Shown one piece after another: positions 38,101-41,633 of a stretch of DNA of 41,633 nucleotides; positions within the stretch are counted from its first letter, which is position 1, and each line of letters opens with the position of its first letter. Source of the DNA: Congzhengia sp. (GTDB lineage Bacteria; Bacillota; Clostridia; UBA1381; UBA9506); the NCBI GenBank assembly GCA_045657065.1, contig JAZOSI010000051.1, forward strand, positions 1-41,633, written 5' to 3'. A program made the translations under genes and the position numbers. The notes beneath the pieces were generated by a model. That model was not told where the DNA came from and made no database searches. It saw only the letters and a list, made by a program, of their open reading frames with translations.

Positions 38101-38881
38101 TCTTGGCAGTACCAATGATTATATTCAGCTTGTGAATTTCTGGCCTAATATGGAACTTGATGAATACATAAACCTCGGACAAAGAGTTAAAGGCAGAATG
38201 GTGCTATTAGATGTTTCTGCAACAGGTGATGATAATGTCATTGATGAAAGCAAGGAAAAGAAAGACCTTGAATACCGTAAGAAGCAGCTTATGAAACTCA
38301 AAAACGAAGTTGTTGACTTGGAAGATATCGCAGGCAATATTTCTATCACAGACCTTACATTTAACGACTTTAAGATTGACCTTATGGAGTATATGAAAAC
38401 CAATCGCAAAAAGCTTGACGATGCTCCTATGGGAATGTATGCAATAGCACAAATACCTGATAATCTTAAAGATACTATTCAGCCTGGTGTAATATTCACA
38501 TTAAAGCAGATTGAAGGTCGTGAGCAGACAAAAGAGCAAAATGCCTTTTATCCGCATTATCTTGCTTATGTTAAAGAAGATGGCGAAACCGTGATGAACT
38601 TTGTTCAAAGCAAGAAAATTCTTGACTGCTATAAAAAACTGTGCAATGGACAGACAGAAGTATTAAAAGATCTTGCTGATGAATTTAATCGCACTACAGA
38701 AGACGGCAAAAACATGGGCATATATTCTGATTTGCTTGAAAATGCTATCGATAACCTTATCGGCAAAAAGCAAGAAGCCGGTATTGCAAGTCTTTTCTCG
38801 AAAGGCGGCGGAATTATTGATAATGAAGCGTTTGATGGCATTGAAGATTTCGAATTAGTAAGTTTCTTGATTATGAAGTAG
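35147..38881 (+). CDS. SLOG(YspA/DUF1273)-degenerate PLD-SNF2/SF2 helicase fusion
   Basis: aa 1-152 SLOG motifs VAFSGYR, GMADGFD, RNEYMVD and GGTEYT; PLD-like ISAYFT...GTVDFT; helicase motifs ADSVGLGKT, DESH, SATP, SEGQNLQ and QRFGRIDR. Confidence 0.88.
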   Translation: MNTNKNTVAFSGYRTEKLPENIDPIRMNLRDTVVKCIEDGYDTFLCGMADGFDLMAAEVVLDLKRTKAIKLICVIPFDDGREKNLTYNSILENADEKVVLSDKFSYDSYYKRNEYMVDNCDKLVCYYDGRYGGTEYTVDYANKKGVPVINLWDNITPELRMPKQIDNKREKVVDELKDALRKGSNLSVISAYFTIYAYAELKKELSRIDNMRFLFKEPTFVKKDDELLRQYYIDHKGEKDISGNEFEIRLRNELKQGSIAKECAKWIREKVEMKSFKKPNPAQPRMIHIDNPKDAVMINGTVDFTTDGLGITPSNRIDSNMCIYGKEMTSNFLRQFNEIWTDDMTVEDVKEKVLEQMQILYKENPPEFIYFITLYNLFYDSLSELTEENIIKSKTGFKETLIWNKLYKFQQDGVLGIIDKMEKWGGCILADSVGLGKTFTALAVIKYYELRNSRILVLAPKKLRENWTIFTQNDTRNIFTEDRFGYTVLNHTDLSRTSGFSGDVPLATLNWSNYDLVVIDESHNFRNNHPVKGKVTRYEKLMNDIIKKGVKTKVLMLSATPVNNRMNDIKNQIGFITEGNNNLFQDAGVPNVENILKKAQMVFNKWQTLPEDKRTSDRFVEMMDLDYFKLLDTVTIARSRRHIEKYYNLAEIGKFPERMPPKNLYPDIDTKHEFPKIEDVNKLIKKLTLCVYSPLGYVLPEKRAEYSKKYDVAVADGKSIFKQVDRENSLVDLMRVGILKRMESSIYSFGLTVEKIIEKINFTLERIEQNQYEFNDTLSINDIDLDDNELDDLMLGNTVKVLLQDMDLIRWKQDLLSDKEKLEQILSAAKEVGPDRDNKLLELKKVIREKQANPINKGNEKIIIFTAFADTAEYLYKNIAEEMKSQGKYTAMVSGSGDNKSTVPIPKELRNLIKVSDLNSVLTLFSPKSKEMAKVFPEMTETIDILIATDCISEGQNLQDCDYLINYDIHWNPVRIIQRFGRIDRLGSTNDYIQLVNFWPNMELDEYINLGQRVKGRMVLLDVSATGDDNVIDESKEKKDLEYRKKQLMKLKNEVVDLEDIAGNISITDLTFNDFKIDLMEYMKTNRKKLDDAPMGMYAIAQIPDNLKDTIQPGVIFTLKQIEGREQTKEQNAFYPHYLAYVKEDGETVMNFVQSKKILDCYKKLCNGQTEVLKDLADEFNRTTEDGKNMGIYSDLLENAIDNLIGKKQEAGIASLFSKGGGIIDNEAFDGIEDFELVSFLIMK

Positions 38882-39577
38882 GTGAAGATGTTGTTTGGCA
38901 TAAATGAAAATTGTAAGCTAGATCAGTTTGTAGCAAAGAAAAACTTTTATACATACGGGGATTTGACAAGTAGCGATAAAACGCTTTTTACAGACAACAT
39001 CTCAAAGATAACTCTTTTACATCAGATTGCACCAAACAAGATAAATATAGCACCATATAAAGATGATAAAAGAGAATATCCTATGATAAATGTCTTTAAG
39101 GTTGAACTGAATAAAGATGAGAAGATAAAACGCATAGCGGAAATTATTATGAAGTCAATTCCTTATCCTATGCTGCTTATCTTTGAATTTGAGGAAAAGG
39201 TTCAGCTGTGGACAGCTCATCAGCGAATTAATCAAAATGATGAAAGCAAGAATGTGCTTGATGAATTTGTCTTTTCCGATTGGGAAAATGATATAACCTG
39301 GTTTGATGTTTCTAAAATGAATATGACAAACTTCTATGCCCTATACTCCGCTATGGTGGATTGCATTTCAGTACATAATGCTCAAAGTATAGTTCAAATA
39401 GACAATATAACCGGAGCGGAGGCTCGGGAACTTACCGGTAAATTAGAGGAAATAGAAAATCAGATTACAACCTTAAGGGCAAAAATAAAAAAAGAAACCC
39501 AGTTTAATAAGCGTATTGAAATCAATATCGAAATTAAGAAACTGGAACAGAAGAAAAAAGAGATTCTGGAGGGATAA
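38882..39577 (+). CDS. DUF4391-family protein
   Basis: SIPYPMLLIF and C-terminal KETQFNKRIEINIEIKKL; usual position between the helicase and type III mod. Confidence 0.8.
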   Translation: MKMLFGINENCKLDQFVAKKNFYTYGDLTSSDKTLFTDNISKITLLHQIAPNKINIAPYKDDKREYPMINVFKVELNKDEKIKRIAEIIMKSIPYPMLLIFEFEEKVQLWTAHQRINQNDESKNVLDEFVFSDWENDITWFDVSKMNMTNFYALYSAMVDCISVHNAQSIVQIDNITGAEARELTGKLEEIENQITTLRAKIKKETQFNKRIEINIEIKKLEQKKKEILEG

Positions 39578-39578
39578 T

Positions 39579-40691
39579 ATGGAGAAGAAAAAAGTTTTTG
39601 TTATAATGCCTTTTGACGATGAATTCTTTGATGTTTATGAAATGCTAAAAAAGGAATTTCAAGATGATTTTGAATTTTCAAATGCAGGCGTTGAAGATAA
39701 CCAAACAAATATTTTGGCAGATATAATTCAACCAATATTTGAAGCTGATGTTATCCTTGCTGATTTAACAGGCTTGAATCCTAATGTGTTATACGAACTT
39801 GGAGTGGCACACGCTTTTAACAAGAAAACAATTATCATTACGCAAGACGAACTTTCAAAACTTCCGTTTGATTTGAAATCATATAGAACAAAAGACTATT
39901 CTACCCATTTTAGAAAGTTTGCGGATTTGATTGAATACTTAAATAAAAATTTAAAGGGTGCTATATCTGGCGAAGTTGTGTTTAGTAATCCTGTAAAAGA
40001 TTTTATTAATTTAAACAATATAGATTTAGAAAAGAGCTTTTCTGAGGATAAAGTCATTGTAGATATTCCACAGGACGAAAAAGGATTTCTTGACTTCTTG
40101 GCTGATGTCGAAGAAAACACCGAAGAACTAACAAATAACATTAATACGATGTCGCACGAAATAACTGTTATGAATGCCGGTGTGAATGATTGTACATCTG
40201 AAATAAATAGAGTTAATAAGACTGGTGGTAGCGGTACTGCATCATTCGTTAGAAAGCAGGCAAAAAAAGCTGCAGGATATATGGATGATTATTGTAGATC
40301 CTTGAATGATTACAACAAAAAGCATGAACCTTTATGGGATAAAATCGAAAAAGATACTCTTGGATTATTAGAAAACGAATTTGCAACAAATGAAAATAAC
40401 AAAGAGAATCTTATAAAATATTTAATTAGTTTGGCTAATATGAAAAATTCGATTGTTGGCACAATAACATCGTTTACATCTATGAAAACTGCATCTCTGA
40501 ACAATAGAGGTTTGGAAAGAACACTTACCCAATCCATAAATGCAATGGATCAGGAAATAGATGTATATCTCGAATTGTTAAACAAAACTATATCTTCTAT
40601 TGATAAGATTTTGCAAAGAAGTAAATTTGTTGTTGGTGATATTGATTTTGAAAATGTAGAGCAGGAAACGGAGGAAATAGAAAATGATTGA
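39579..40691 (+). CDS. Nucleoside 2-deoxyribosyltransferase/TIR-like domain plus long helical C-terminal domain
   Basis: VFVIMPF...ADLTGLNPNVLYELGVAHA...LPFDL; ggaggg RBS before ATG 39579. Confidence 0.8.
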   Translation: MEKKKVFVIMPFDDEFFDVYEMLKKEFQDDFEFSNAGVEDNQTNILADIIQPIFEADVILADLTGLNPNVLYELGVAHAFNKKTIIITQDELSKLPFDLKSYRTKDYSTHFRKFADLIEYLNKNLKGAISGEVVFSNPVKDFINLNNIDLEKSFSEDKVIVDIPQDEKGFLDFLADVEENTEELTNNINTMSHEITVMNAGVNDCTSEINRVNKTGGSGTASFVRKQAKKAAGYMDDYCRSLNDYNKKHEPLWDKIEKDTLGLLENEFATNENNKENLIKYLISLANMKNSIVGTITSFTSMKTASLNNRGLERTLTQSINAMDQEIDVYLELLNKTISSIDKILQRSKFVVGDIDFENVEQETEEIEND

Positions 40692-41633
40692 AACAAAATT
40701 AAACGGACAGACGCTTGATGTTGTTGCAGAAAATGTAAAAAAGCTCAGAGAGTTATTTCCGGAGATTGTAGTTGAAGATAAAATTGATTTTGACAGATTG
40801 CAGGATGTTTTAGGAAATTACATAGAGAGAAACGATGAAAGTTATCGTTTTAATTGGTATGGTAAAAGCGATGCTTTCAGAAAATCGCAGACCCCCTCTA
40901 CCGGTACCTTGCGTCCTTGCGTAGAAGAAAGTAAAAACTGGGACGCAACAGAAAATCTTTATATTGAAGGCGATAACCTTGAAGTATTGAAGATTTTGGA
41001 AAAGAGTTATAGTGGTAAAATCAAAATGATTTACATAGATCCTCCGTATAACAAGGATAAAGATTTCATTTATCCCGATAAATGGAGCGATCCTATCAAA
41101 GAGTATAAGAAGATTACAGGTCAAATTAATGATGATGGAACAATGACCGATACAGAAAACGAAACCGAAGGTGGTCGTCATACAAATTGGTTGAGCATGA
41201 TGTATCCACGCCTTCGAAAAGCAAGAAATCTACTTAAAGAAGACGGTGTTATCTTCATAAGCATCGATGATGTAGAACTTTCAAACTTAAAAAGATTATG
41301 TAATGATGTATTCGGAGAAGAAAATGTAGATGTTTTAGTTTGGCAAAAAACCGATCCGTGGGTAGATAGAAATACAAATGCAAAACAAATAAGTCGTTTT
41401 CTAGAGTTTAAAGAATATATAGTGATAGCCTATAAAGATAAATCTATCACATCATTTAACAAAATAAGCCGTTTACCTGACTGGAAACACTCACAAAAAA
41501 ATCCCGATAATGATCCGAGGGGAAATTGGCAATCTGGAATATTTTCATATGAGGAAGGACACAAAAACGAAGATGTTACTTCCGATTCATATTTTGAAAT
41601 AACTACACCAGGCGGAAAAAAATATACTCGTAT
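40684..41633 (+). CDS. mod: Type III R-M DNA adenine methyltransferase Mod (3'-truncated; absent from ORF track)
   Basis: Hand translation MIETKLNGQTLDVV...NLYIEGDNLEVLK...IYIDPPYN...HTNWLSMMYPRL...FISIDD; open to the window end. Confidence 0.93.
   Translation, partial: MIETKLNGQTLDVVAENVKKLRELFPEIVVEDKIDFDRLQDVLGNYIERNDESYRFNWYGKSDAFRKSQTPSTGTLRPCVEESKNWDATENLYIEGDNLEVLKILEKSYSGKIKMIYIDPPYNKDKDFIYPDKWSDPIKEYKKITGQINDDGTMTDTENETEGGRHTNWLSMMYPRLRKARNLLKEDGVIFISIDDVELSNLKRLCNDVFGEENVDVLVWQKTDPWVDRNTNAKQISRFLEFKEYIVIAYKDKSITSFNKISRLPDWKHSQKNPDNDPRGNWQSGIFSYEEGHKNEDVTSDSYFEITTPGGKKYTR

Larger units (their letters stand above)
31631..41633. mobile_element. Genomic island integrated in tRNA-Leu (continues past window)
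   Basis: Truncated tRNA boundary, visibly more AT-rich sequence, all genes on the + strand, and mobility-remnant and defence cargo. Confidence 0.85.

Noticed and set aside
35147-41633. Calling the operon DISARM, BREX or Thoeris
   Set aside because: No DUF1998, PglZ/BrxC or SIR2/Macro ThsA recognised in the window; the Mod and DUF4391 context fits a type III R-M-associated cluster. The downstream part is unseen.
40684-41633. Phase-variable simple sequence repeat in mod
   Set aside because: No SSR tract visible in the sequenced 5' portion.

Overview
Chromosomal segment of a spore-forming anaerobic Firmicute (Clostridia-like; inferred from spoIIE, spoVM, rnfB, glgBCDAP and an [FeFe]-hydrogenase-like gene). 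About 1-31.5 kb is core genome: the 3' part of rnfB; a lipoprotein-MBOAT-DHHW O-acylation operon interrupted by a ~310-bp Y-shaped palindromic element; the glycogen cluster (glgB, glgC, glgD, glgA, glgP and a divergent GH13 debranching enzyme); an M23/G5/LysM peptidase; spoIIE followed by two small ORFs missing from the ORF track (one is spoVM); a BY-kinase/phosphatase pair in line with a DRTGG/Ser-Thr kinase/sensory-type hydrogenase/PHP module; a YtrA-type GntR-ABC operon; a Fur/PerR-rubrerythrin-BFD-ferritin-rubredoxin operon; a PepSY lipoprotein; and a DAG-kinase-family gene. At 31577-31630 the 3' half of a tRNA-Leu(CAG) marks the attachment site of a visibly more AT-rich island that runs off the right end. 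The island carries an HTH gene, an oriT-like repeat region, two paralogous RHH-like genes with no relaxase in view, a DUF3990/HTH toxin-antitoxin-like pair, and a translationally coupled defence-like operon: a SLOG(YspA)-degenerate PLD-SNF2 helicase fusion, DUF4391, an NDT/TIR-like plus helical protein, and a type III Mod methyltransferase (truncated by the window). That operon is the best candidate for an undescribed system. All family calls come from motif recognition by eye; no searches were run.
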